From an uncultured Methanomicrobiales archaeon (lineage in GTDB: Archaea > Halobacteriota > Methanomicrobia > Methanomicrobiales > Methanospirillaceae), in the NCBI GenBank assembly GCA_963758935.1, contig CAVWXD010000002.1:82461-146460 (forward strand): a stretch of 64,000 nt of DNA, read 5' to 3'. Under the pieces are notes generated by a model, which had not been told where the DNA came from, made no database searches, and was given only the letters and a program-made list of their open reading frames with translations. Both the position numbers and the translations under genes were made by a program. Numbering within the stretch: the first letter of the stretch is position 1; each line of letters begins with the position of its first letter. Of the stretch, positions 12,446 through 24,709 are shown in pieces.

Positions 12446-13750
12446 AAAAACTTCTCCAATCCCGGGATGTGGATCTTGACTTCACTGCTGGACGAAACCA
12501 TAGACGGTTCGATCAGCCTGCCGTCGATCTCGACAGGTTTGCCTGATGACAAATCTTTGTAGAACGGTCCGGCGGGTATTCCCAGTTCGCGCGCTTTGTG
12601 GGGATCGAATCGTACCTTTTGAATGATCAGGTAATCTCTCTCCGTTGCAGTGATCTCTTTCTTACGTATGATTTTTACGCACAATGTATTTAAATCATTT
12701 ATGATATCCGGCAAATATTTCTCATACGTGAGAAATACGGGCAGAATGCGGTTGTCGCGGGTTGACATGTGGACCAGCGGAAGCCGGTCAAGTTCTTTTA
12801 TCAGCGCCGGTTCATCAGCTTTCACCGTCTCGGCAAGCAAAACTGGTTCCATCGCAACCCGGACAAGCGTCTCCCCGCCATGCAGGTCGTGAACGTAACA
12901 CCGGCCGCCGGGACACTCGGCTTCTGCGAGTGCCCGTGCGGAAAGGTACGTCTCCCACGATAAATGTCCGACACCGGTGATCTCGCTCTCGGTCAACCGG
13001 AGAACAGACAGCTTGTCGAGCAACCCGTTGAGCCGGTCGAGGTCTTCCCGGCTGATGGCTTTCCGATCAATATACGCCGCAACCGCCCCGCTCTTCCCCA
13101 CCATCGCACGGATCATTTCCTCGTCAATCCTGGTCACTTCCCGGGTGTGGGCGATGTGCCCGAATGCTCCCCGGGACGTGAGGGCGATCTCGGTCTCCCG
13201 GGTCGCGTAGTGCGTGCCGCCAAAACCAATGAGCGGGACCGGGATAATCGGGGTCGCGGAAAGGATGCTCTCTGCCACCGCCTTCCCCGCAATTGGATCG
13301 ATCCACTCCGACTCTGTGCTCCCGATCTCGACAAAGAACGAAGGATGGGACAGGCTGGTCGGCCCGTGATGGGTAACCTCGTACCGAGACCCGGTACCCG
13401 TTCGGGCAGTGGCGGGCGAGGGACCGGAGAGTCGCCTGCATCATCGCGGGTGCAGCCGGGGCAAGGGTCCGCGGTTCTCCGCCAAGTGCTGCTTCCCCGT
13501 AGTTCCCGGTCACGTGGACAGTCAGGACCGGGACCGGGTTGACACTGGAATGGCGGGAGATGAAGACGACGAGATCAGCGTCGATATCGCGGTCGATATT
13601 TTCGGCGTGAATGAGCCGCTCGTCAAATTCAAAAAAGTCATAGGTCCGGTTATATTCGGCCCAATCGCTCTCACTGAAGAGCTGCTCAAGGTGGTGCCGG
13701 ATGTTAAGGCCGGCCTTATCCAGCATCGAGTTGATGAGAGCGATCTTCAT
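12442..13750 (-). CDS. dtdA: D-aminoacyl-tRNA deacylase (archaeal DTD2), frameshift ~13385
   Basis: [18 protein letters not shown] region, [21 protein letters not shown]; conserved position upstream of ftsZ. Confidence 0.9.
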
Positions 13751-13992
13751 TGGGTGATATTAGGAAGTTCGGTTTCAATAAGCCTCTCGTTGGTGAGGGG
13801 AAGGCAGATTTTTTGGAGAAGGGTCAAAATTACCCAAAAAGAAATTTTCCAATCATGAAATTCCCGGATTAATCTGTCCCGCTCCTCGATGGTGCAAGGG
13901 TAACCGTATCTCTCGCCGGGAAAAAGGTTCTTTTTGAAAGAGTTCCGGCTTTGGGAAATTCTCACTAAAGCCGGTTGCATTCTCTCGATATT

Positions 13993-14062
13993 GCGAGTGT
14001 GACCCCCTCTCTCCCCCAGAGGGGGAGGCAACGCAGGGGGAGCGCCCCCTTGACCCCCGTTT
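13993..14062. repeat. Intergenic palindromic repeat family B, copy 1
   Basis: GTGACCCCCTCTCTCCCCCAGAGGGGGAGGCAACGCAGGGGGAGCGCCCCCTTGACCCCCG; reverse-complement match to 24559-24627. Confidence 0.85.
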
Positions 14063-14150
14063 CGAAACGGGTTCACCGGGCTTTCCGAATTAATATTGAA
14101 TCGTATCGGAAACACAAATCGGGAATCTTTTGTAAGATACTTTTTCTCAT

Positions 14151-14220
14151 CAACCGACCTGCCAGCGAGGCCCCGCCGAAGGCGGCTAAAGCGACCCCCG
14201 TCAGGGGATGGGGACCCTCG
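14151..14220. repeat. Intergenic palindromic repeat family C, copy 1
   Basis: AACCGACCTGCCAGCGAGGCCCCGCCGAAGGCGGCTAAAGCGACCCC...; reverse-complement match to 27063-27128. Confidence 0.8.
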
Positions 14221-14370
14221 CAAATACTTTCGCAAAAGTTCGCTTCCAAAAAATATTCGCAGCCAGGAAAAACACTCGTTCAGAAAATTCAAAAAAAGTT
14301 AACCAGATTTTCCTCCAAAAATACCTCACGAAAGTAAACGCTATACGGAAGTACATGATACAGTGGTACC

Positions 14371-14547
14371 ATGGATTCCAAAAACGTTGAGAAGATTTTC
14401 CTTGAGGAAGGCATCGACTTCGAGATAACCTGCCCGCAGGCATTTCACATCGCCGAGAAGCACAAGATCCCAAAAAGCGAGATCAGCACGTACTGCAACT
14501 CGCACAAGATCAAGATAAAGGCCTGCCAGCTGGGCTGCTTCAAATGA
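14371..14547 (+). CDS. 58-aa Cys-rich protein ending CQLGCF (missing from the ORF track)
   Basis: MDSKNVEKIFLEEGIDFEITCPQAFHIAEKHKIPKSEISTYCNSHKIKIKACQLGCFK*; stop overlaps the moeA start (ATGA). Confidence 0.85.
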   Translation: MDSKNVEKIFLEEGIDFEITCPQAFHIAEKHKIPKSEISTYCNSHKIKIKACQLGCFK

Positions 14548-15750
14548 GCAGGTTCCTCTCTGTCGTACCCGTTCTCAGAAGCCATCGCTGCCATTCAAAG
14601 CCTGGCACGCGGAACCGGGGATGACCCGGTCCTCCTTGCCAAGGCATCGGGCCGCATCCTTGCCCGTGACGTCACCTCGGATGTCGATATCCCCGGGTTT
14701 ACCCGCTCGGTCGTCGACGGGTATGCAGTCAGGGCAGCAGAAACCACGGGTTCGAGCGACGCGATCCCGGCTATCCTTGCTCTCCTGGGCCGGGTCTCCA
14801 TGGGTGCGGTTGCCAAAAGTCCTGTTGGTGCTGGTGAATGCATGTACGTGCCGACCGGGGGAATCCTTCCCGAAGGTGCCGATGCCATGGTGATGGTCGA
14901 GAACACCGAGCAGATGGGCAACGAAGTTCTCATTAAAAAGCCGCTGGCGCATGGCGAGAACGTGCTGATGTTCAACGAAGACTTCTCGCACGGGGAAGTT
15001 GTCCTCAGGAAGGGGAGGCGGATCTCAACCCAGGATGCAGGCGTCCTCGCGGCAGCCGGGTGCACCCTTGTCCCGGTCGTCCGTAAGCCGAAGTTTGGCA
15101 TCATCTCGACTGGCAATGAACTGGTCCCTGCCTCCACAAAACCTGACATCGGGCAGGTGCGGGACGTAAACTCGTACGTTATCGCATCTTTTCTGGAGGG
15201 GCATGGATGCATCCCGGTCCAGTACGGGATCATAAAAGACGAGCGCGACGTGCTCCTCAAAGCGATTGCAAAAGCGACCGACGAGTGTGACGCGGTACTC
15301 ATATCCGGCGGCAGCTCGAAAGATGAGCGGGACATGGTAGCCGCGATCATCGCAGAGCAGGGGAAGGTGCTGGTCCACGGTGTCGCGATTGCACCGGGAA
15401 AACCGACTATCATCGGCCAATGCCAGGGCAAGCCGGTCATCGGGTTACCCGGTCACCCGGCCTCGGCGTTTATCGTTCTTATCGCGATCGTGAAACACCT
15501 TATCACGGGCATGACCGGCGAGACCGGGAGCAGTGAGCGGACAACCCGGGCAACCCTTGCAGAGAATATACCGTCTGCACGCGGACGGGAAGACTATATC
15601 CGGGTCGTTGTCGATAACGGCTTTGCAAAGCCCGTCTTTGGCAAATCCGGGCTCCTCAATACCCTCGTCCGGAGCACCGGTGTCGTGCGGGTACCCGCCG
15701 AGAGCGAAGGCCTCGAGACCGGGACAACTGTCGAGGTGATCCTGTGGTGA
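14544..15750 (+). CDS. moeA: Molybdopterin molybdotransferase MoeA (5' frameshifts)
   Basis: PGFTRSVVDGYAV, TGGILPEGADA, STGNEL, SGGSS, PGKPT, LPGHP. Confidence 0.92.
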
Positions 15751-17598
15751 AACGGTACCTTACGGTCACCTCGCTTGCTGACGCGACCCGTCTCTTTGAC
15801 ACGGCATTCTCCTGCACGCCGTCCCGCGACCGGGTCCCCCTCATCGATGCGGTCGGGAGGGTGACGGCAGAACCCATCTTTGCCCGGTACTCGGTTCCGG
15901 AAGTTCATCTCGCCGCAATGGACGGCATCGCTGTCGTGAGCAGCGAGACCGGAGACGCGAGCGAGCAGCACCCGGTAACGCTCGGCAATGCCGTCCGGGT
16001 CAACACCGGCAACGTCGTGCCACAGGAATACGATGCGGTCATCATGATCGAAGACGTCCACATTACCGGCGAGCAGTACATGATCCGGAAGGCCGTCCCT
16101 CCCTGGCAGCACGTCCGCCCCGCGGGCGAAGACATCGGGGAGTCCGAGATGGCGCTGCCGTCGTGTCACCGGATCCGGCCCCACGAGATCGGGGCGCTCG
16201 CCGCGTACGGGATAACGGATGTCAGCGTGCTCTCCGTAAAAATCGGCCTTATCCCAACCGGGAGCGAGCTTGTCCCCCATGGGACCCATCCCGCCCCAGG
16301 GCAGGTCGTCGAGAGCAACACCGTGATGGCCGAAGCCGTCCTCCGGGGACTCGGTGCGAGCTGCACCCGGTACCCGATGGTGAAAGACGATCCGGCCATC
16401 ATCAGATCGGCGATCGAAAAGGCAGTCCGCGAGAACGACGTGGTCGTCATATCTGCCGGTTCATCGGCGGGAACCCGCGATTACACTGCCGAGGTGATCG
16501 CAGATCTCGGGCAGGTCCTTGTCCACGGTGTCGCCATCAAGCCGGGCAAACCGGTCATCATCGGGAAGGTCAGCGACAAGCCGGTCATCGGCATGCCGGG
16601 CTACCCGCTCTCGGCACTCACCGTGCTCCGCGAGATCATCACGCCGCTCATCCGCCGGTTCGGCCTCCGGGTCCCGGCTGACGAGTATATCGAAGCGCGA
16701 CTCACGTCGACGATCCATAAAGACGTGGGAAGCGACGAATTCGTGCTCTGTTCGATCGGCAGGATCGGCGACCGGTGGGTTATCTCCCCGCAGTCCCGGG
16801 GTGCCGGCGTGCAGATGAGTGCGGTGCGGGCCAACGCATTCCTCAAAGTGCCGTCGGGCATTGAGGGTTTCGAAGCCGGTGAACAGGTGACCGGAACGCT
16901 GACGGTTCCCCGGGCAGATGCGGTGCGGGCGCTCCTCATTACCGGCAGCCACGATCCGGTCATCGATTACCTTACCGACCTCCTCCAGAAAAAAGAGACG
17001 GAGATCCATTCGACCCATGTCGGGAGCATGGGGGGCATCCTCGCCCTGAAAAAGAACGAGTGCCACGCAGCACCCATGCACCTGCTCGCCGACAACGGGG
17101 ACTACAACGTCCCGTTCCTTGAAAAATACCTGCCGGGAGAGGGGGTTGTCCTCCTCTGCGTGGCAGAGCGGCAGCAGGGCATCGTGTCGAAGGACGGGCT
17201 TTCCTTTGAGGATATCCCGAACCACCGGTTCATCAACCGGCAGCGGGGCTCCGGGACCCGGATGCTGCTCGACCATGAGCTCAGGAAACGGGCGATCGAT
17301 CCTGCGACGATCCCCGGCTACGATCGCGAAGTGACCACGCATCTTGCAGTTGCCCTCGCGGTAAAATCAGGAGAAGCCGAGGCGGGTATGTGCGTCTTTT
17401 CCGCGGCAAAAGCACTTGGGCTTGAGTTTGTCCCGGTTGCATCGGAGCGGTACGAGCTTGCGATCCGCCGGGAACATCTCGACGACCCGCGGGTTGCGGC
17501 ACTCTGCGCAACGATATCCTCGCCGGCGTTCAAGGCGATCCTTGACCGGCTCGGGGGGTACGGACCGGGAGACCGGCGTGAAGCGCGTACTGCCTTAA
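15747..17598 (+). CDS. moeA: MoeA fused to periplasmic-binding (PBP) domain; frameshift near 17560
   Basis: AAMDGIAV, GSSAG.RD, GSHD, GSMGG, NRQRGSGTR; the true C-terminus ...ETGVKRVLP* ends at 17598 in another frame. Confidence 0.9.
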
Positions 17599-18010
17599 GG
17601 ACAGCGTCTTCCGGGGATGTGCAGGGTATCACACCCGGGATATCCCACGTTTTTAAGCCAAATACCGGGATACCGGCCTTGAGGGCGATAGCGATCTCTG
17701 CAAGGGTCCCATGGCTTCCGCCGATCGAAATAACCGACTCCGCGGACTGGACCACGAGAACATTCCTCGCTTGGCCGAGACCGGTCCGGATGACGACGTC
17801 GAGGTACTCATTGCCGTCACTGGTATCGGGCACGATGCCGACCGTCATCCCGTTTTTTTCCTTCGCACCCCGGCAGGCTGCCTCCATAACCCCGCCAAGC
17901 CCGCCGCACACGACCGTTCCCCGGTTCCCGGCGATAAGACCGCCGGTAACCTCTGCAGTATCGTACTCCTCCATCGTGCAGTCACCGGCACCGATAACCG
18001 CTATCTGCAT
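17560..18010 (-). CDS. TIGR00725/LOG-family Rossmann nucleotide-binding protein (3' end approximate)
   Basis: QIAVIGAG, CGGLGGVMEAACRGA, GQARN, GGSHGTLAEIAIAL; convergent with and overlapping moeA2. Confidence 0.85.
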
Positions 18011-18207
18011 GATTGCACCGTTCACCGCAATGCTAAAAAAAGACTGTGGCGGCAGCCCTCGCAACATCCACGGGCAAGCGGGCATTTTGACGTCGGATTA
18101 GTCGCTCACGAACCAACGCCGGACAGCAGGGTTAATGCCGATGACAGCGAAAAATTATGTTAATAAGTTTTTTCCCACCGAGCGGAAGAAAAAATGAAGG
18201 TTTCACA

Positions 18208-20084
18208 TTGACGCTGGAAAAATCCCTGACCCGGTCCCTTTCGATATTGTGTGTCGATGATGATCCCGATGTGCGGGAAGTGTTCAAGCGAATCCTCGGG
18301 CGCGAGCCCGGTTTTATGGTCGAGACAAGCCCGAGCGCCGAGGATGCACTCGAACGGCTGAAGGTTCACCATTTCGATGCGATCGTTGCCGACTTCGCCA
18401 TGCCCGGGATGGACGGGATTGGCCTCTTAAAGGAGGTCCGTGCCCGGGGGCTGAACTCGGTTTTTACCATCGTCACGGGAAAACGTCTCTCCCACATCGC
18501 GATCGACGCCCTGAACAACGGGGCCGACTTTTACCTGCACAAGGGACCCGATACGGGAAATGATATGGGAAAACTCATCGAGTTCATCCGTACCCACGCG
18601 GTCATGAAAAAAGATGAAAGCACACCGGGTGAATGGGACCGGTTGTATGCATCGTGCGTCGAGGGATCGACCGATGTCATCTTCCGGCTGTTAAACGACG
18701 GGACATTTTCCTTTGCAAACGAGTTCTCAATCGGGTTCTTCAAACGACCCTACGACACGCTCCTGAGGAGCTCGTTCTTTGTCCTCATCCCGGAGAACGA
18801 GCGGTCCGAAGTCATCAACCGGGTGCAGGACCTGACCCGTGACAAGCCCCAGGTTATCATCGAGCACCATGTCATAACCGGGGATGGCGACTCCCCGCTT
18901 CTCCAGTGGAAGTACCAGGGAATTTTTTCCGCGGGCAAGAAAGCTTCCGAATACCTGGTATCGGGGAGAGATACGGAAAGTCTCATCAGAATAGGATCGG
19001 ACGCTGCTGCACAGCCGGAAAAGACCACCCCAGGACGGAAGACCATCACCCAGCAACGCCCTGCCATCATCCTGTCGCCGGCCCCGGCTCCAGTGCAGGA
19101 ACCGTACCAGGCACCATTCCAGGTACCTCCGGTTACGGTTCAATCCCCGCGGGTTCCCCTGTCGGCTCCAGCCCCGTTACCCTCCAGAACCCCGGTCACC
19201 GCACAGGCCCCTGCCCCGGCTGACGACACCGGGTCGTATGACTGGGAGTCGCTCGTCGAGACCGTGAACTCGCTCGATAACCCGGTCTTTGCGGTAAACA
19301 AAACCGGGACGGTTATTGCCTGGAACCGTGCGCTTGCAGACCTCACGGGAGTGGCGTCAGAAACCATCGTAGGCAAGGGGAACCGTGAGTACGCGGTGCC
19401 TTTCTACGGGAAACCCGTCCCGATGCTCATCGACAGCATCCTCCCTCCCGGCAACCCGGACGGCAGTCTCGGGCCGGGTGTCAAAAAAACGGGGGATACC
19501 TTCGTCGGGGAAGCCGAACAGGTCTGGATCCGCGACACGCCGATGCTCCTGTGGGGGAAAGGGACCGCGATCCACAATGCCAAGGGCGAGCTGGTCGCGG
19601 CGCTCGAAGCGATCACCGTCGCAGAACCGGAAAAAAGTGCTCCAGTCCAGGAGGGGTATATCGGAGGAATTTACAGCCGGACACTCAAGGTCTCCGCCGA
19701 TGATGTACCCGGTCGATCGCGGGGGCACTCGGCTCTACGGCCGGGGGCCACGGCGTTTATCTCACCAGCAGGCGCATGTTCGTTATCCGCGACAATGACA
19801 AGGATACGAACATCGGCACCCTGATCCACGACAAGCTCTTCGGTACGACCGTCGACACCAGCCCACGCCCGATACCGGAACTGGAAAAAGCACCGCTGTT
19901 TGTCGCGAAGAAAGAGAGTATCATGCGGATCGAACTGAAAAAACCGGGTATCCTGTCCGGTCACATGACCGTGACCGTCAGGAACGGGGGATCGTTCCGT
20001 ATCCACATCGATACCAGGAAGACATTTGCCTATATCGAATGGATGCTCAACGACTTTTACCCGGAAGCGATCTGGGAAGAATGA
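18208..20084 (+). CDS. Receiver-PAS-Pro-rich linker-PAS protein with small C-terminal domain (frameshift ~19710)
   Basis: ILCVDDD...ADFAMPGMDG...GADFYLHK; two PAS-like segments; continues into the 19776..20084 frame. Confidence 0.8.
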
Positions 20085-20307
20085 CCGGGATTTCTATTCG
20101 GTGAAGGGACGAGATTCCCCAGGCTTACCGGGAACCAGGATCTTTTGCGCTTTTCATCGCTGGTTCCTTAAATAGACGCCAGAGAGAAGAGAGAGTCTTT
20201 TTTTCATCGCATCAGCCGGAAATAACGGCCTGTAATATTCAGGACAGCCGAGAAAGAACGGGCTCTCCGGACATCAAAAGGCTGGAAAAAAGGGATTATT
20301 ATCGGCC

Positions 20308-20889
20308 TTATGCCGGGGTAAACTTTATCGGCACCTGGAGGGTCACGTCAGATCCCCCGGTCTCCTTGCGGTCATCGATGCAGAGATAGAACTGCCCCTG
20401 CCTCTTGATGGTGATTGTTTTCTGCTGGGGCGTGGTGATATCATTGAACTGCAGGAGAGGAACGAGGCCATCATAGACCCAGAGCTTGCTTACCTCGTTA
20501 AACTTTGGCGGGACGTTCCCCATCTTCATCTTATCCTCGGTGTCGAGGACAAGGGCGTTGACACTCGCCCTTCCGTTCGTGGGGAGACCTACCCAGACGG
20601 TATACTTCTGGTCTTCAAAGAGGTAGTCAACGCCGAGTCCCTTCTGGAGATCGAAACAGGCGTAGTCGTTGTAATGGACATTAATGGTGGTATCGATCCC
20701 GGTGGCTGCAGGTGCCGACGGCGCGATCGTCTGCCCCGCGGTAGAGACGGGCTGTTGAGCCGCGGGCTGGCTCGCGGTTGCAACCGGGGCTGTGCTCGCC
20801 GGGCTTGTCGTTGGGGCGGTGCAGCCGGCGACAAGGACGAGCGACGCAACAAACAGTACAATCAGAAAAAAATAACCTCGGTATCTCAT
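20308..20889 (-). CDS. Putative lipoprotein
   Basis: Lipobox LVAGC, Thr/Pro/Ala-rich linker, beta-rich domain. Confidence 0.75.
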   Translation of the reverse strand: MRYRGYFFLIVLFVASLVLVAGCTAPTTSPASTAPVATASQPAAQQPVSTAGQTIAPSAPAATGIDTTINVHYNDYACFDLQKGLGVDYLFEDQKYTVWVGLPTNGRASVNALVLDTEDKMKMGNVPPKFNEVSKLWVYDGLVPLLQFNDITTPQQKTITIKRQGQFYLCIDDRKETGGSDVTLQVPIKFTPA

Positions 20890-21154
20890 GCTTTTTTGTT
20901 TATGCCCGGCACTTATATCGGTTGCTATTTTGGGCACGGGGCTGTGCCTGACGGCTGTTACCAATCCTGGAATATCGTTTTTGTTTCCTGAACCGGAATT
21001 CGCGGGGCTTTTTGCCCAGGGTCATCAGATCCGGAGAATCAGGCGACCGGCAATTCATCCCGCGGAAAAAAGAGAAAAACTACTTTGTCGATAAACACCA
21101 ATAAGAGAAGAGTTATGCCCGGGTTTCCGGCTCGGTTAACAGCGAGGGGTTTTT

Positions 21155-24100
21155 TTGAGAGAAGTCACCGCGAACTTCAATGCAAAAGAGATCGAGCGCG
21201 ACGTGCAGGAGCACTGGCTCGCCCATGATACTTACAAAAAGGTAAAGGAGCAGCGCGGAGCGGGCAGGCCGTTCTTCTTTGTGGACGGTCCGCCGTACAC
21301 AACCGGGACGATCCATCTCGGCACTGCATGGAACAAGATCATCAAGGACAGCATCCTGCGGTATTACCGGATGTGCAGCAGGAACGTCATCGACCGTGCC
21401 GGCTATGACATGCACGGTCTCCCGATCGAAGTGAAGGTCGAGCAGGCGCTCGGGTTTGTCTCAAAGAAGGATATCGAAAAATACGGGATCCGCGAGTTCA
21501 TCGAGAAGTGCCGTGAGTTTGCCATCAGCAACAAGCTCCTCATGGACAAGCAGTTCGAGAACCTCGGGGTCTGGCTCGATTTCGCGGGTGCGTACCAGAC
21601 CGTGAAGCCGGAATACGTCGAGGCCGCATGGTGGACGCTTGCCCGGGCACAGGAGAAGGGCATGCTCGAACGCGGCAACCGGGTCGTGAACTGGTGCCCC
21701 CGGTGCGAGACGGCGATCGCGGATGCCGAGGTCGAATACTGGGACGAGAAAGACCCCTCCGTGTTCGTGAAGTTCCCCCTGAAAGGAAAACCGGGCGAGT
21801 TCCTCGTCATCTGGACAACAACCCCGTGGACCCTTCCCGCAAACGTCGCAGTCGCGGTCGCAAAAGACTTCGATTATGCACGGGTCTTTGCCAAAAAGGA
21901 CGGAAGGGAAGAGCACCTCTGGATTGCCGAACCCCTCGTCAAGGCAGTCCTCAAGAAAGCCCGGTACCAGGACTTCAAAATCATTGAAACGAAGAAGGGA
22001 TCCGAGCTCGTCGGCTGGCTCTATGATTCCCCGCTCCACAAACACGTGCCCCTCCAGCGGGAGATCGAGCACCGGGTCGTGACAGCGGATTTCGTCGCGC
22101 TCGAAAACACCGGGATGGTCCATATCGCCCCCGGCCACGGGCTGGGACGACTTCGTGCTCGGCACAAAGGAGTGTCTCCCCATCGTCTGCCCGGTAGACG
22201 GCGCTGGCAAGTTCAAGGAAGAGGCGGGTGAGTTTTGTGGCCAGGTACGTCCGGGACTCAAACGAGAATGTCCTTGACGCACTCGGCGATCATCTCCTCG
22301 CAAAAGAGATGGTCGTGCACCGGTACGGGCACTGCTGGCGGTGCAAGACCCCGATCATCTTCCGTGCGACTTCGCAGTGGTTCCTCAAGGCGTCCGAGAT
22401 GCGTGACCTCATGCTCTTGGAAGTGGAGAAAGTCACGTGGTATCCCGAATGGGCGGGCAGTGCCCGTTTCCACGACTGGATCAAGGAGGCCCGGGACTGG
22501 TGCATCTCCCGCCAGCGGTACTGGGGTATCCCCATCCCGGTCTGGGTCTGCGGGAAGTGCGACAGGTACCGGGTCATCGGCACCATCAAAGAACTCGAAG
22601 AGGCAAGCGGGAAACCGCTCGCGGACCCGCACCGGCCGTACGTTGACGCGGTAACAATCCCGTGCACTGCGGCGGCACGATGAAGCGGGTCGAGGATATC
22701 TTCGATGTCTGGTTCGACTCGGCAGTGGCGTCGTGGGCGACGCTCGGGTTCCCGGGTAAGACAAAGGAGTTCGAGAAACTCTGGCCGGCCGACTTCATCA
22801 CCGAAGGCCAGGACCAGACCCGGGGCTGGTTCTACTCCCAGCTCGGGGCGAGCACCATCGCGTTCGGGAAGGCTCCTTACAAGAGCGTCTGCATGCATGG
22901 CTTTGCACTCGACGCCGAAGGCAAGAAGATGTCAAAGAGTCTCGGGAATGTAGTGACTCCCGAAGAGGTTATCGCAAAGGTTGGTGTCGACATCCTCCGG
23001 CTGTACGTGCTCTCCTCGTCTGCACCCTGGGACGACCTCAAGTTCAACTGGGAGAATGTCGGCACGGTCAACCGGTCGGCAAACATACTCTGGAACGTGT
23101 ACCGGTTCCCGCTCCCGTACATGATCCTCGACAAATTCGAGCCTGCATCAAAAGGCGGGGTCTGGGACGGGGCATACGTCGCGTCCCACCTCCGGGAGAT
23201 GCCCGACGAGGACCGCTGGATCATATCCCGCGTAAACTCGGTAGCGGCAACGGTCGATGTGGCAATGAAAGAGTGCCAGCTCCACCGGGCTACCCGGGAA
23301 CTCATCAACTTCATTCTCGAAGATCTCTCCCGGTGGTACGTCCAGCTCGTGCGCGAGCGGATGTGGATCGAAGGGGAATCGGAGAGCAAGCACTTCGCAT
23401 ACGAGACAATCTACTATGTTATGCGCCGGCTCACCGCTCTCCTCGCCCCCTTCTGCCCGCACATCACCGAAGAGATCTACAGCAATCTCCGGTGTGCAAA
23501 CGACCCGGCAAGCGTCCACATGCTGAACTGGGATGCGGGGGAAGTAAGTCTCGTTGACAGGACCCTCGAACATGCCATGGAGGTCATCCGATCGTTTGAC
23601 GATGCCAATGCCAACGCCCGACAGGCAGGCAAGCGCAAACTCCGCTGGCCGGTTTCAGAAGTCGTCGTCGTCACGAGCGTGGATGCCGTCAGGGACGCGA
23701 TCATCCGGCTCAACCCCGTCTGTGTCGACCGGGCAAATGCCCGGAAGGTATCGGTCATCATGGACCGGTGGGACCGGATCGGGTGGCATGCGGAGCCTGT
23801 GATGAAGGCACTTGGTAAGGGGTTCGGCAAGGATTCCTTCAAGGTGAAGGGTCTCATCGAGGCAGCAGACGGCAACACGATCAAGGCCGCGATCGACGCA
23901 GGCAGGACCGTGATGCTCGGCGAAGGTGCCCCGACCTACGAGATCGGCAAAGACCACGTGACCTTCACGGAGAAACTTCCTGAAGATGTGTTCTCGGCAG
24001 CGATGCCGGATGCAACAGTGTATGTTGATATCCGGCTGACCCCCGAACTCGAGGCCGAAGGATATGCCCGCGAAATCATCCGAAGGATCCAGGAGACCCG

Positions 24101-24338
24101 GAGACAGCTCGACCTCGCGGTCGAGGACTTCATCGTCGCGGATGTTTCGGTTGCTGACAACCGGATCTGTGCACTGGTCCGGGACTCGTGGCTCTCCGGA
24201 ATCCGGGAAGAGGTGCGGGCCCGGGAACTCTCGATCCATTCACCGGGTCAGGCCGCGTCGTGCAGGACGTACGAATCGGTAAAAGACTGGGATGTCGAGG
24301 GCGTTGCGATGACGATCTCGATGGAAAAGGCGCAATAA
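21155..24338 (+). CDS. ileS: Isoleucine--tRNA ligase (frameshifts ~22140, ~22235, ~22660)
   Basis: [45 protein letters not shown]. Confidence 0.96.
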
Positions 24339-24380
24339 ATATTATTTTTTGTTTTTTCTCTCGTGGGTGCGATATTCTTT

Positions 24381-24452
24381 GATGGGGGCTGATGCCCCCA
24401 TACCCCCAAGCGATGAACGCCGCCACCCCCGCGGGGCGCCCCCGTGGCGGTT
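24381..24452. repeat. Intergenic two-hairpin repeat family A, copy 1
   Basis: GATGGGGGCTGATGCCCCCATACCCCCAAGCGATGAACGCCGCCACCCCCGCGGGGCGCCCCCGTGGCGG. Confidence 0.88.
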
Positions 24453-24558
24453 CAGGGACTATTTTCATACGAGAAAACCTCGGAAAATGCTTGTGTCGTC
24501 TTTAGTACTTAATTCAGAATTTTCCGGTTACGACTCCTTTCGAAAAGTGAAGAAAAAA

Positions 24559-24627
24559 ACCGGGGGTCAAGGGGGCGCTCCCCTTGCGTTGCCTCCCCCT
24601 CGGGGGGGTAGATGGGGTCACTATCGC
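24559..24627. repeat. Intergenic palindromic repeat family B, copy 2
   Basis: CGGGGGTCAAGGGGGCGCTCCCCTTGCGTTGCCTCCCCCTCGGGGGGG...GGGGTCAC. Confidence 0.85.
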
Positions 24628-24709
24628 AAATAACTGCAGAGAAGTTCCCGGACTACTGGAAATTTTTAAGGGTTCCGGGAGAACGAAAATATAAGGTTCC
24701 TTAATCCAC

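Noticed and set aside
13747-14337. Intergenic ORFs such as 13747..14292, 24349..24633, 27081..27296, 36560..37077
   Set aside because: They are translations of the GC-rich repeat mosaics with no protein motifs.
17599-18101. C-terminal extension of MoeA-PBP in the 785-aa ORF
   Set aside because: Frameshift read-through into the antisense strand of the TIGR00725 gene; the real end is at 17598.
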